A DNA stretch of 64,000 nt from Vicugna vicugna (lineage: Eukaryota). The stretch is from NCBI GenBank assembly GCA_013265495.1, contig MU057651.1, positions 879,674-943,673 of the forward strand, in the 5' to 3' direction. Made by a program: the position numbers and the translations under genes. This document shows, piece after piece, positions 1-11,940 of the stretch. Numbering within the stretch: position 1 is the stretch's first letter; each line of letters begins with the position of its first letter. The notes beneath the pieces were generated by a model that saw only the letters and a program-made list of their open reading frames with translations, made no database searches and was not told where the DNA came from.

Positions 1-446
1 TTGGTGGACTGTATGTTTCCAGAAACTTGTCCATCTCCTCTAGGTTATCCAGTTTGGTTCCATATAGTTTTTCATAATATTCTCGTATGATATTCTGTAT
101 TTCTATGTTATTTGTTGTAATGTCTCCATTTTCCTTTCTTATTTTGCTAATTTGTGCTCTCTCTTTTTTCTTCTTTGTGAGTTTGGCCAGAAGTTTGTCG
201 ATTTTATTTACTTTTCCAAAAAAACAGCTTTTGGTTTGATTGATTTTTCTATGGTTTTTTAAAAATCTCTATTTTATTTATTTCCTCCCTAATCTTTATA
301 TTTTCCTTCCTTCTGCTGAATTTTGGGTTTTTTTGTTCTTTTTTTTTTTTTTCTTTTGTATTCTTCTTTTTCTAGTTCTTTTAGTTGGTGGGTTAAATTG
401 TTTATTTGAGATTATTCTTCTTTTTTGAGGAAAGCCTGTATCACTT
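1..446 (-). mobile_element. L1 ORF2 fragment (lineage-specific L1), continues off the left edge
   Basis: Antisense L1 ORF2-like sequence (e.g. ttggccagaagtttgtcgattttattt...aaaacagcttttggtttgattgattttt), ending abruptly against an older L1. Confidence 0.8.
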
Positions 447-1590
447 TTTTAAATCCATTCGCCTATTAATGGACACATGAGCTATTTCCAGTTTGGAGGT
501 ATTATGAACAAAGATACTATGAGTATTCATATACAAGTTTTTGTGTGGACAAATGATTTAATTTCTCTTGGGGAAATACTGAGGAATAGAATTTTTAGGT
601 ATTACGATTGCTGTATATTTAGTTTTATAAATAACTACAAGATATTTTTCCAAAGTGGTTATTCCATTTTATACGCCCACTAAAAATGTACACCAGTTCC
701 AGTTGCTCCACATTCTTGACAACATTTGGTGTTGTCAGTCTATTTAATTTTAGACATTCTTGTAGATGTGCAGTGATATCTCATTGTGATTTTAATTGGC
801 AATTTCCTAATGACTAATGATGTTGACTACATATTCATGTGTTTATTGGACTTTCACATATCTTATTTTGTGAATATTCTGTTCAAATATTTTGCCCATT
901 TTTATTAGATTATTTGTCTTTGTATATCCTGGATATCAGTCTGTTATCATATACATACTTTGTGAATATTTTCTCTTAATATGTGGCTTATCTATATATT
1001 TTCTTAATAGTATCTTTTCATAAAAAGTGTTTTTAATTTTGATGAAGTTTAATTTATCAATTTTTAAATTATATGATTATTGTTTTCTGTGTCTTTACCT
1101 ACCCCCAGTGATAGAGATATACTCCTGTGTTTTCTTCTAAAAAATTTATGGCTTAAGTTTTTATATTAGGTGTGTGATCCTACTCAAATTAATTTTTGTG
1201 TATGGCTTAAGATAGGGTTGGAGGTCTATTTTTTTCTATTTGGATATCCAGTTTTCCAGCACCATTTGTGGAAGAGACTTTACTTTTTCTTTTTGATTGT
1301 GTTGGCACCTTTGTCAAAAATCAAATGACTGTATAAGCGTGGGTCTATTTCTGGGCTCTGCATTTTGTTCCATTGCTCTATTTGTCACTCCTTATGTCAA
1401 TACCATATGGTCTTGATTACAGTATTTACAGTAAATGTTGAAGTCAAGTGTAGTAAGTTTTCTGACTTTATTCTCTTAAAGATTGCTTTGGAAATCTAGG
1501 ACCTTTGCATTTCAAAATAAATTTTAGAATTAGCTTGTACATTTCTACGAAATGCCAGATGGGATTATGTTTGGCATGTCATTGAATATT
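447..1590 (-). mobile_element. Old L1M ORF2 3' part, degenerate
   Basis: Antisense ORF2 motifs (gttccagttgctccacattcttgacaacatttggt; ttccagcaccatttgtggaagagac; gtctatttctgggctctg). Confidence 0.8.
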
Positions 1591-1599
1591 TTTTAGAAT

Positions 1600-3540
1600 T
1601 CCATTCTAAATTAAAATCCAGTTATTGGCATTTTAGTTATACCTCATTGTATTACACTTTTATTGGTTTCTTTAGAGATTACAATATACATCGTTAACTT
1701 TTCATTGTTTACTTAGAATTAATCTTTTATCTTTTCACATAACATATAGAACTCTTTCAGCTGTTTAGTGAATTTACCTTGATTCTCATCTGTATGCTAT
1801 AGTTGGCAAATAGATTATTCCTTCATACATTTTAACTCCAACACAATAATGTAGTCTTTGCTTTAAACAGTTACACATATTTCAAAGAAACTAAGAGGGA
1901 AATAGTTTTTATATTTACTAGATATTTACCATAGCCAGTAATTCTTTATTCCTTCCTGAAGATTACAGTTTTCATCTGGTATCATTTCCCTTCAGCCTGA
2001 AGAACTACTTTTATTATTTCTTGTAGTACTGATTTGCTACACATAAAGTCTCAGTTTTCTTCTATGTAAAATTATATTCATTTCACATTCATTCTTGATG
2101 GATAGTTTCTCTGGATATAGGATTCCGGGTTAAGAGATGTTTTTCCCTTTTAGTCCTTAAAGATATTATTCTACTGTCTTCTGCACTCTATTTTTTCCCT
2201 GCTAATTCCAACATCTGGATCATTTCTAAATTCTTTGAATCATTATTCCCCAATATAATATATCATTTTCTTTGGCTGTTTTAAAGATTTTCTCTTTATA
2301 TTTTGGTTTTAATCAGTTTGACTATGATTTTCCTCCACATGGCTTTCTTTGTATATATTCTTCTTAAGGTTCACTGAGGTTTCTGAATCTGTAAATGTAT
2401 ATCTTTCACCAAATTTGGGTGAAAAGCTCTTATTTCTTCAAAAAGGTTTTTAGCCTGCTTCATTATCCCTCCCTTTCCTTCTGGAACTCCAGTTACACAT
2501 AACTTAGACCTTTTGATATTGCCCCACTGATCCCTGAGGCTATGTATTAGTTTGGAGTTTTTGTCCACATTTTTTTCTTTTTTCTTCAGATTAGATAACT
2601 TATATGGATCTACCTTTAAGTTCACTGACTCTTCCTTTGTCATCTACACTCTGCTGTTAAGCCCATTTAGTATTTTTTAAAATTTTATATACTGTATTTT
2701 CAGCTTAAAATTTTTTTTATTTATACTTTCTATTTCTCTGATGAGATTCCCAATCTTGGCCTTCATTTTAGGCATATTTTCCTTCACTGAGCATAGTTAC
2801 AATAGCTGCTTAAAAACCCTTGCCTGCTAGTTCCCGTATGAGTCATTTCAGAGTTGATCTTCATTGAAGGTTTTTTCTCTAGAGAATGGTTCATATTTTC
2901 CTGATACTTCATCTATCACATAGTTTTGGATTATAACCTGGGCTTCATGAATAATATGGGAACTCTGGGTAATGTTATATTTCCTTGAAGAATGTTGATA
3001 TTTTAACAGGCAATTAAATTATTTGGACTTCAAGTGCAAACTCTGACTCCGGGGTGGCAGCTTGATCTCAGATTAGTTCTTTTATCCTTAGATGAACTTC
3101 TTGGAGTCCACTTTGCACCCCTAAAGTGCAGAGGTCCACAGAGATTTGGAAATAATTTATACACAGAGTTTTACCCTCTCCTCTTTGCTGCTTTCCTTTC
3201 TGAGAGTCTTCCCTCACTTTCTAGCAGCTGTGATTGCCCCGAAGTCTATCTTGTAGTTACTCAATCCAGAAAAGCTGCCAGTTTTCTATCAGAGCATTAG
3301 CTGGCTCAGTATAGCAAGGACTCGGGCCTGTCCTCAGCAAGAAACTGTAAAAAAGGAAACTTATACTTTGCCATTCTCTTTGACCAAGTGTTGACCCCCC
3401 TTCCCTCCAAAATCTGCCTGTTTTCTGCTGCATTCTAGTCTCTTGATGGAGTTGTTTTTCAAATTTTGTCCAGAGTTTATATTTTTATCTTCAAGAGGGT
3501 TGGTCCAGTAGGCATAGTTGGTCATTACCAGAAGTAGAAC
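1600..3540 (-). mobile_element. Old L1 5' end (ORF1 and 5'UTR remnant, L1ME-like)
   Basis: ORF 2371-2643 reads LRDQWGNIKRSKLCVTGVPEG...NLFEEIRAFHPNLVKDIHLQIQ, matching the L1 ORF1p motif LRDLWDNIKRSNIRVIGVPEG...FPNL. Confidence 0.75.
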
Positions 3541-3789
3541 CTATTAGTTTCTCCTAAAAATATTTTAAATCACAGAAATAATACATAGGCTATGTTCTTT
3601 ATTCTCCTTATTAAAATTTCAAATCACATAGACAGAGTGAAGATCCCTCTTGGCCTATCTCATCTTACTCCCCTACCCCAAGGTAACCACTATTACCAGT
3701 TTGATACACATCCTGCCAAATCTTTCTCTATGTAATAAAATGTATACATATATCTGCTAATATAAAAATTGGGGGTTTACTTATGTAAA

Positions 3790-4060
3790 TGATATAGGTA
3801 GTATAATATGGAGGTTAAGAGCATGGGTTCTAGTGTCAAACTGCCTGAATTCAAATCCCCATTTTAGCGCTTATCATTTACATGTCCTTAGAGAATTTCC
3901 TCAAATATTCTATGCCTCAGTTTTATCATTTGTGAAATGGAGGTAATGACATTGCCTACCTCATAGGCAGGGTTGTAATGATGGTGATACTTAATACATA
4001 TAAAGGACTTGGGGCAACATCTAACATATATTAAGCTCTCAGTAAGCTGTTATTATTCTG
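3790..4060 (+). mobile_element. MIR SINE
   Basis: MIR core tgcctcagttttatcatttgtgaaatggaggtaatg, with tRNA-like head ggttaagagcatgggttctag. Confidence 0.8.
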
Positions 4061-4784
4061 AAACTCACTTTTCCCCCTTAATAATGCCCTGAATATTTTT
4101 ATCCTGCTGCATATTATTACATATTATGGATGTACCAAGAATTTTTTGTCTATTACCCTACTCATGGACATTTAGATTATTTTCACTTTTTTCCTTCTTT
4201 TATGGAATAGACCACAATGAATATCCTGGTACATGCCTCTTTTATGCACATAGAGGAGTTTTCCCCTAGAAATAAAAATGTGTACATTACAGTTTTGAAT
4301 GTTATATGGAATAAAGAAAATGAATAATTGAGTGATATTCCCATTCTATCAACACTGCTATCCTTGAGAACAAGGATACTCAGTGTGGAAAAAGGGAGGT
4401 ATAGATGTAAGGTAGAAGAGGTTAATAAACTCCCATGTCATCCTGAGTATGAACTGGGATGATCAGTATAATCTCACATGCATTTTACTTACACAAAAGA
4501 CACAATCTAATTCAGTCCTCAGAAAGTGGTCTTGAAAGAATACTTCATGTGGAAGATAGGACTTCTTGGAGAAAGAGCTAATCATTCTTTTCAGTGGCCT
4601 GCAAAGCCCAGCAAGACCTGGTCCCACTGTAGTCCTTATGCCCGTTTCTTTCCCCATCCCTCATTCTTCTCTTGCCACACTCATCACCCTATTTAATAGT
4701 GCAAATCACCCCTTGACCCCAACACTCCTGATCGCCCTTACACTTCCACTTTTAATTTTTTCCATGGCACTTAGCATCTTCTGA

Positions 4785-4885
4785 CAAACATATACATATA
4801 TATGTATGCATACATATATATGTGTGTATTCATATGTGTTTATGAGATTTTATATATATAATACATATATACACACACATATATA
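4785..4885. repeat. Degenerate (TA)/(CA)/(TG) microsatellite
   Basis: catatacatatatatgtatgcatacatatatatgtgtgt... Confidence 0.8.
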
Positions 4886-4894
4886 AAACTTACA

Positions 4895-5330
4895 TCAGTC
4901 AAGTATTGCCAAATAATTGTGTTAACAAACCATCCCAGTTTTCAGTGGCTTAAAATGACAATCATTTGTTCTCAGTCATTTATTTATGGGTTGACTATGG
5001 GTGGCTCCAAGCTGCAATTTGGGTCTAATTCTCCTTCACTTATCTCTCATCTTCTTTGGACCAGCAGGCTACCAGGCACATATCCTTCTCAAGCTTATGG
5101 CAGAAGCACAAGAAAGCAAACCCAACTGCACAAGCACATTTTAAACTTTTGTTCACATCACCTCCACCAACATCCCATTGACAAAAGCAAGTATCATGGC
5201 AAAATCGACGTAAATGGGATAATGTAAACCAACAATTACTCTGTATCTAATAGAAGGGACTACAGAGTCACAGGGAGTATAGATAGAGGAAAGGTGAAAA
5301 TTTGGAGACAGTAATTAAATCTACCACACT
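4895..5330. mobile_element. MaLR (MLT1-like) solo LTR inserted in an L2
   Basis: taacaaaccatcccagttttcagtggcttaaa...cccattgacaaaagcaagtatcatggc...aatctaccaca; L2 pieces on both sides (4580-4790 and 5330-5480). Confidence 0.65.
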
Positions 5331-6059
5331 AATTGTGTTTATTGTTTATTTTCTGTCTTACTCAATCAGAATACACATTCCACAAAGGCATATTTTGTTC
5401 ACTGATTATTCCAAGTGCCTAGAATAGTACCTGGCACCTAATAGGTGCTGAGTAAACATTTCTTGAATTAATATATGAATGAAATATTCCTGTTAGAATT
5501 AATAGCTCCTTCTTCCATATCAACTAGTTTAGGTCTCTCAGGTGACACAGTGCAGTGAGCCTTGCATGTGGATTCCTCAGGGGACATGTAGGACTGTGTA
5601 TCTACTAATATGTCTACATGCCCAGCAGCAAGGAGGAAAGGGCAGAGACCTCAAGTCTCAGCCTCCTATTCTCAACCCTGAGAAGGCACTGTGTTGGGTT
5701 GGCATTGCTTGCTGGTCTACCACCTATGCAGTGTTCTGCTTGCAATGACAAGTGAAAAGCAAAGGGCATTTCTGATTCAAAAAGATAAACTACAGTTATG
5801 ATATGGAATCAAAAGAATGAGAAATGCAGAATTATTCTTTCTATCCCCAAGCACAACTTATCTGTGCTGTCTCATCCCTGCCAGGTCCTGTATTACACTA
5901 GCTGTCACCCTGGCAAGGGATTGGAGCAACTTCCTCTAAGCTGTTAATGATTGATAATGGCATATTTTATCTTCTTTGCAACTGAACAGGACATTGCCTT
6001 AACCCTGAGGATCTAGTGGATGGGACAGAAGCTAGATGGGGACAAATGGCTTTTTTAGA

Positions 6060-6220
6060 TCTCGATGAATCATCTAGCAGAGAGCCTAGTCCTCCCCCTA
6101 CCCCAATTGCTAAACCCCAATTCCAGAGATTCTGATTTAATTGGTCTGGGCATTGGGATTTTTAAAAGAAATCTCCCAAGTAATTCTAACATGCAGAAAA
6201 GCTTGAGAATGACTGCACAT
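6060..6220. mobile_element. MER5-like hAT-Charlie element
   Basis: cagagattctgatttaattggtctggg...ctcccaagtaattctaacatgcag...ttgagaatgactg. Confidence 0.7.
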
Positions 6221-6289
6221 GGCTTGATACAACTGTCACAAACTAACACCAGATAGATGAGGATGCTAAGAAATTTCTGTCTACTGGAT

Positions 6290-8155
6290 CTTTCCTAACA
6301 GCATAAAACATGTTATTTCTCCCATCTTTAAACAAAAATCCTCTTCATGACTTCACTTCCCCCTCCAGCTAAGGCTCTGTTTTGTCTTTTTCTTTCCTCT
6401 TATAGAAAAACTCCTTGGAAAGGATTGTCTATACTCTCAGTCCCCCATTTTCTTCCTCCTATTGTCTCTTGTGCCCATTCTAATAAGACATTGTCTCCCA
6501 CAGTCAGTGGCTCTGATCAAGATCATCTACTGGTGATGTCACTCATCAATGTTACTAAATCCAAAGTTTAATTCTCACTTCTCATCTTTTTCCCCTCCGT
6601 GGACATGAGTTTATTAGAGGAGTCAGGACAGATCTCAGTTCTCATCTTACTTGACCCACATTTTTTCACAGCTGGTCACTCACTCTTCCTTGAAATACTT
6701 TCCTCACTTGGCTTTGAGGATGCTACACTCCTTTATCCTCTTACATCTATGGCCACTTCTTCTCAGTCTCCTTTGTGGGCTTCTCTTCATCTTCCTGTCC
6801 TCCAAATATTGGAGTGACCAGGGCTCAGTCCTAGTACCTCTTCTTATCTCTATCTATCTCATTCCTTAGAGCATCTCATTCAGGCTATTAATTTTATATA
6901 CAATCAGTGCAGTGATGACTCCAATTACCTATTTGACCCACACTTAGATGTCAGATAGGTATTTAAACTGAACATGTCCACACTCAGTTCCTGATCTTCC
7001 TCTTCCAAGCCTGCTCCTACTGTTGTCTTTCACATCTCAATAAATGACAACTCTTTATTCCTTCTGCTAAGATCCAAAACCTTGGGCTTATATCTAATAT
7101 CTGATCTATCAGAAAATTATGTTGGGAGTTTGAGGTTTGCATTGGGAGTTTGAGATTTGCAAAGGTTAACCACTATACAAAAAATAGATAAAAAAAACAA
7201 ATTTCTTCTTTATAGCACAGGGAACAATATTCAATATCTTGTAATAATTTGTAATGAAAAAATATGAAAATGAATATATGTACATATATGCATGACTGGG
7301 ATATTGTGCTGTATACCAGAAATTGACATGTTGTAACTGACTATACTTCAATTAGAAAAAAGAAAATTATGTCCACTCTATCTTCAAAGCTGACTGAGAT
7401 CTGACCACTTCTTACCACTCTGCCACCCTGGCCCAAGTCACCATCCTATCTTTCATGGATTATTATAGTAGGCTTCTAACTGATGTTCTTGCTTCTGCCT
7501 TGACCCACCATAAGTATATCCTCAACATAAGAGCCATAGTGATCCTATGAAGATACCAGTCAGATGACACTCCTATGCTCAAAATCCTTCAACAGTTCCC
7601 CATCTCCCTCAGAGTTAAAACCAACATCCTAATCATGACCTTCAAATCCTTACATGATCTGGCCCTGTTCCCTCTCTGACCTCATCTCCCTACCACTCTC
7701 CCCCTCATTCTATCCTCTCCAGCCACACTAAAATCCTTACTGTTCCTTGACCACACCAGGCATTGCCCTTCCTTAGAGCCTTTGAACTTCTCTGTTCCTT
7801 CTTCTTGGAATAGTTTCTCCCAGATATCCACATGTCTCACTTCCTTGGCCTCTTTCAAATGTCACCTTCTCAATAAGGTCACCTTATCCCAGAATTGCAA
7901 ACCCCACCCTCATCCTCATCACATACATTCCCTATCTCCTTCTCTGCTTAATCTAATATAGTATATATCGCAATCTAACATGGTACATATTTTGCTTATT
8001 TATCTTGTCTACTATTTGGCTGCCCACACTCACTAAAATGTGTACTCCACAAAGGTAGAGATTTTGTTTGTTAACTGACATTCTCCAGAGCCTATAACAA
8101 TGCTTGGCACATAGCTGGAGCCTAAAGATACTTACTGACAGGATGAATGATTGAA
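6290..8155 (+). mobile_element. L2 LINE, ~1.6 kb of RT region and 3' end, with two later insertions
   Basis: ORF 6599-6817 SVLILLD...HSLFLEILSSLGF matches L2 RT ([28 protein letters not shown]); 3' end tgcttggcacatag...gatgaatga. Confidence 0.85.
7123..7360 (+). mobile_element. 5'-truncated cetartiodactyl-type L1 3'UTR with TSD
   Basis: tatagcacagggaacaatattcaatatcttgtaata...actatacttcaatt plus A tail; TSD agaaaattatgt at 7111-7122 and 7361-7372. Confidence 0.85.
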
Positions 8156-8436
8156 AGAAAGCAGAGGGTAGATTTCTTTATTGATGACATTTCATCTTTA
8201 CTGAACAAACTGGCTCAAACCTAGGATCTCATTCTATTTTTAGATCAAAGCAGTTATCAATGTGATTAAAGGCATGGGCACCAGAGTTCAACAGTCTTCA
8301 TTATAAGCTGTGTGACTTTGGACAAGCTACTTAACTCTCCTGAGCCTAAGTTTCCTAATGAGACACATGCGCCTCAAGTGAGATAATTCATTAAACTGAT
8401 AAGCTTATCGGCCTGATGGGTCAAAGGATGCTTTTT

Positions 8437-8710
8437 ATGATTCAGCTTATATGAGGGATCTAGAATAGTCAAACTCATAGAAGCAGAGTGCAGAACGGTG
8501 GCTGACAGGAATGGCGGGGAGGAGGAAATGGAGAATTCCTAATCTGAGGTATAAAGTTTTAATAATGTAACATGAACATATTCTAGAGATTTGCTGTACA
8601 ACATTGTGCCTATAGTTAACAATATTGTATTAAACACTTAAAAATCTGTTAAGAAGGTAAATCTCATCTAAGTGTTCTTACTACAATAAAATAAAAATTA
8701 AAAGAAAAGA
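8437..8710 (+). mobile_element. L1MA/L1MB-type 3'UTR
   Basis: atagtcaaactcatagaagcagag...gtgttcttactacaataaaataaaa. Confidence 0.75.
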
Positions 8711-8809
8711 AAGACCCAAAATACCGAAACCAAAAATACTGAATAACCCCATAACTGTAAAGTAAATTGGTTCCTTAATTAAAACTTTCCTACAAAGAAG
8801 AAAAAGTGT

Positions 8810-9559
8810 TTTATAGTAGATGTTTTAATTTTCTTCTACACTGTTGGTTGGAATGTAGTTTGGTGCAGTCATTATGGAAAACCGTATGGAGATTCTTCAA
8901 AAAAGTGAAAATAGACTTACCCTATGATTCAGCAATCCCATTCCTGGTCATACATCTGGAGGAAACTCTAATTCAAAAAGATATATGTACCCCAATGTTC
9001 ATAGCAACACTATTTACAATAGCCAAGACAAGGAAGCAACCTAAATGTCCACTGACAGATGCCTGGATAAAGAAGATGTGTTATGTATATACAATGGAAT
9101 ACTACTCATCCATAAAAAAGAATAAAATCATACCATTTGCAGCAACGTGGATGGACCTGGAGATCATCATACTAAGTGAAGTAAGCCAGAAAGAGAAAGA
9201 AAAAAATACCAAATGATATCACTTTTATGTGGAATTTAAAAACAAACGAACAAACAAAATGGGACAAATGAACTTATTTACAAAACAGAGACAGACTCAC
9301 AGACATAGAAAACAAACTTATGGTAACAGTGGGGACAGAGAGTGAGGGGGGATAAATTAGGAGTTCGGGATCTGCAGATACTAACTACTACATATAAAAT
9401 AGATAAACAAGGCCCTACTGTATAGCACAGGGAACCATATTCAATACCTTGTAATAACTTATAATGAAAAAGAATATGTATAAATGAATCATTATGCTGC
9501 ACACCAGAAATTAACACAATGTTGTAAATCAACTATATTTCAATAAAAAATACTTTAAA
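8810..9559 (+). mobile_element. 5'-truncated L1 (ORF2 C-terminus and 3'UTR) with 16-bp TSD
   Basis: ORF 8806-9216 [22 protein letters not shown]...PMFIATLFTIAK...TMEYYSSIKKN is the L1 ORF2p C-terminus; TSD aaagaagaaaaagtgt at 8794-8809 and 9560-9575. Confidence 0.92.
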
Positions 9560-9689
9560 AAAGAAGAAAAAGTGTGCTTTTCAAATGTGAAGAAACAAAA
9601 TAGTCAAGGTGGCTCAAAACCATTAAGATAATGGGTCTTAATTTAGATGTCCAGTCAAGTTCTTTGACATCATATACAAAGTAGTAAAC

Positions 9690-9870
9690 AATGCAAGAAC
9701 TTTAGCCATGATCTGGATTTAAATCTTAGCTCTATTATTATATGACCTTGACTAAGTTATTACTTAACTCCTTTGAGACTTAATTCCCTCATCTGTAAAA
9801 TGGGGATAAAAAATGGAGTTGTTGTGGGAAGTAAATAAAATAAAGCATACTTAGCTCAGAGCTTGCCACG
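9690..9870 (+). mobile_element. MIR SINE
   Basis: ccctcatctgtaaaatggggataa core. Confidence 0.75.
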
Positions 9871-10849
9871 TATTATTATTATAATTATTATTTCAGTAGC
9901 CATAATTCAAGCACATATGCATTTATCTGAGGTTTAAGGAACTCTATGGCCTAATAACTATTAGATGCTACATAGACATATTTTTCATGTATGAAGGAAT
10001 TCCGATTTGAACCAAGTTGATCTGCTTATTAACACATACCTAGGGCCCATCAGCAGAACTTTTTTTTTCTTTTGTGCTTATGAGCTGTAACACAATCACC
10101 AAATGCACATCTCAGGGGCATCAAAGGGCATGAAATTGGTGAGAATAATACATTTAGCATTTTTATTTATGCTTCTGAAGCCGCTTAAAAATGGATATTT
10201 CAGGAGAAAAGACCAAGTAATACAGATTAAAGGTCAAATGTTTTCTGTAGTTAGAATATTTTCAATTAAATTGAAATCTGACATCAAAGATAAGTTGGAA
10301 ATGGAAGAGGGGAAGGGGGAGTCCATTTTCAGTGGGAATTCATAGTGGCCTAGCCTCCTTGATGTGTTAATACTCAACTGGTACACAAATATGAAAATTG
10401 ATATAAAATTGCTTCTGAGGCTGCCCTTATGACTCCTAAATAACCAGATCTAGTCAGTACAATGAAAAAGTCCCTTAGAACTCTTTGCTTGGTTACACGT
10501 AGCCAAAACATGTATTTGATTTAATTTTTCACTTCTCAGCCAGTTCCGTGGGTGACAGGCAGACAAAGCCCAAATTTGCTTTTTTCTTCTTTTCTTTTTT
10601 TTTTTTAATCTGATGCCTTGCTTTTGGAAATGGAAACGTCTGAGTCTCAATAGGTCACAATCAATTTGTCACTGAAGCACAAAGAACACAAAAGTTAGAG
10701 ACATTTTGAATGAAACCAAGGATGTCACCTACCTTTAGCTTTGAGAATAGTTCTTGATGGAGTATCAGCTCACTCTGGTTCACATATAAGCACATCCTTA
10801 TTTTTATTAATAAGTGTACCTTGCATATGAATAGCTTTTTGTCCTCTTT

Positions 10850-11080
10850 TGCCCCAAGGGAATCTTTACATACATTGTCTCATTTGTCTCTCAAAACAAC
10901 TCTTTGAGGTGAATAAAGTAAGTAAAACTCTCCTCCCATTTTATAGATGAGGAAATTGAGGCAGAGAACTGGTTAGTGAATTCCAGAAGATCACATAGGT
11001 GTCTAGTGATAGTGGTGAGACCAGAACCTAAATTTCCTAACTGCTGGTCCAAAATTTCCAGTAAACCACAGTGCTTCCTT
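10850..11080 (-). mobile_element. MIR SINE
   Basis: cccattttatagatgaggaaattgaggcagaga core in antisense. Confidence 0.8.
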
Positions 11081-11212
11081 AAGCCAGGACTGCGTTACAT
11101 GTTTTTCTGAGCCTGCCCATCATGGTGATCCTCAGGGAAGGACAAAGTCCTCCTGACAAGATTATACAAAATTATTTGACTTTTTTATTGTTTTTATTTT
11201 TATTATTTTTAA

Positions 11213-11277
11213 AATTAGCAATAAAATTGCACCTCGGATAAACCTCATTGGCTATGATACTGTCACTGTGCAAAGTT
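11213..11277 (-). pseudogene. RNU4: U4 snRNA 5' fragment (3'-truncated retropseudogene, ~65 nt)
   Basis: Minus strand AACTTTGCACAGTGACAGTATCATAGCCAATGAGGTTTATCCGAGGTGCAATTTTATTGCTAATT vs U4 AGCTTTGCGCAGTGGCAGTATCGTAGCCAATGAGGTTTATCCGAGGCGCGATTATTGCTAATT; most substitutions are CpG transitions; followed by an A-rich tail. Confidence 0.92.
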
Positions 11278-11279
11278 TA

Positions 11280-11468
11280 TTTTTTTAATTGAAGTATAGT
11301 TGATTTACAATGTTGTGTTAGTTCTGGTGTACAGCATAGTGATTCAGTTATACATATATATATATTCTTTTTCATTATAGGTTATTACAAGATACTGAAT
11401 GTAGTTCCCTGTGCTATACAGTAGGACCTTGTTGTTTATTTTATATATAGTATCTGCAAATCTCAATG
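11280..11468 (-). mobile_element. Short L1 3'UTR fragment
   Basis: ttgaagtatagttgatttacaatgttgtg...gttccctgtgctatacagtaggacc; same family as 9350-9550. Confidence 0.85.
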
Positions 11469-11674
11469 TTTGACTCTTTTAAAAGCCTCCTTTAAGTAAG
11501 TAATGAATGAATGAATAAATGACTCTTCCAAGCCTCCCACCACCTGCCTATTGTCATTCCCTCAGAAACTCATGGAGCTGCAAAATCTAACAAGTAATTT
11601 GCTTTAGGCATTAAGGACCTTCTCTCCAATGTCATTCTTATTTGTTGGTTCTTATTTAAAATACAGTTTCCTAA

Positions 11675-11940
11675 TTGTGGTGTTGTATCCTGGATGGAAA
11701 CCTGGAACAGAAGAAGGATATTAGCGGAAAAACTGGTGAAATCTGAATAAAGGCTGGAGTTTAGTTAATGGTAATGTATCAATAAGTTTAATCTCTTAAT
11801 TTTGAAAAATGTGCTATAGTTGTGTAAGATGTTGACATTAAGGGAACTTGAGTGAATAGTATATTAGAAGTCTCTATGTTGTCTTTGCAACTTTTCTGTA
11901 AGTATAAAATTATTTCAAGGTAAAAGTGTATTAAAATATA
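11675..11940 (+). mobile_element. Old L1MC/MD-type 3' end
   Basis: tcctggatggaaacctggaacagaa...tctttgcaacttttctgtaagtataaaattatttcaa. Confidence 0.7.

Noticed and set aside
8391..8403. 13-nt match to U2 snRNA on the minus strand (cttatcagtttaa)
   Set aside because: Does not extend in either direction
8398..8423. aagcttatcggcctgatg resembles miR-21-5p and overlaps the 12-bp palindrome gataagcttatc
   Set aside because: No precursor hairpin or 3p arm follows; a short match at a MIR/L1 junction is expected by chance
8806..9216. 136-aa ORF, and similar ORFs at 15376-15657 and 56083-56400, as genes
   Set aside because: L1 ORF2p C-terminal remnants in 5'-truncated insertions
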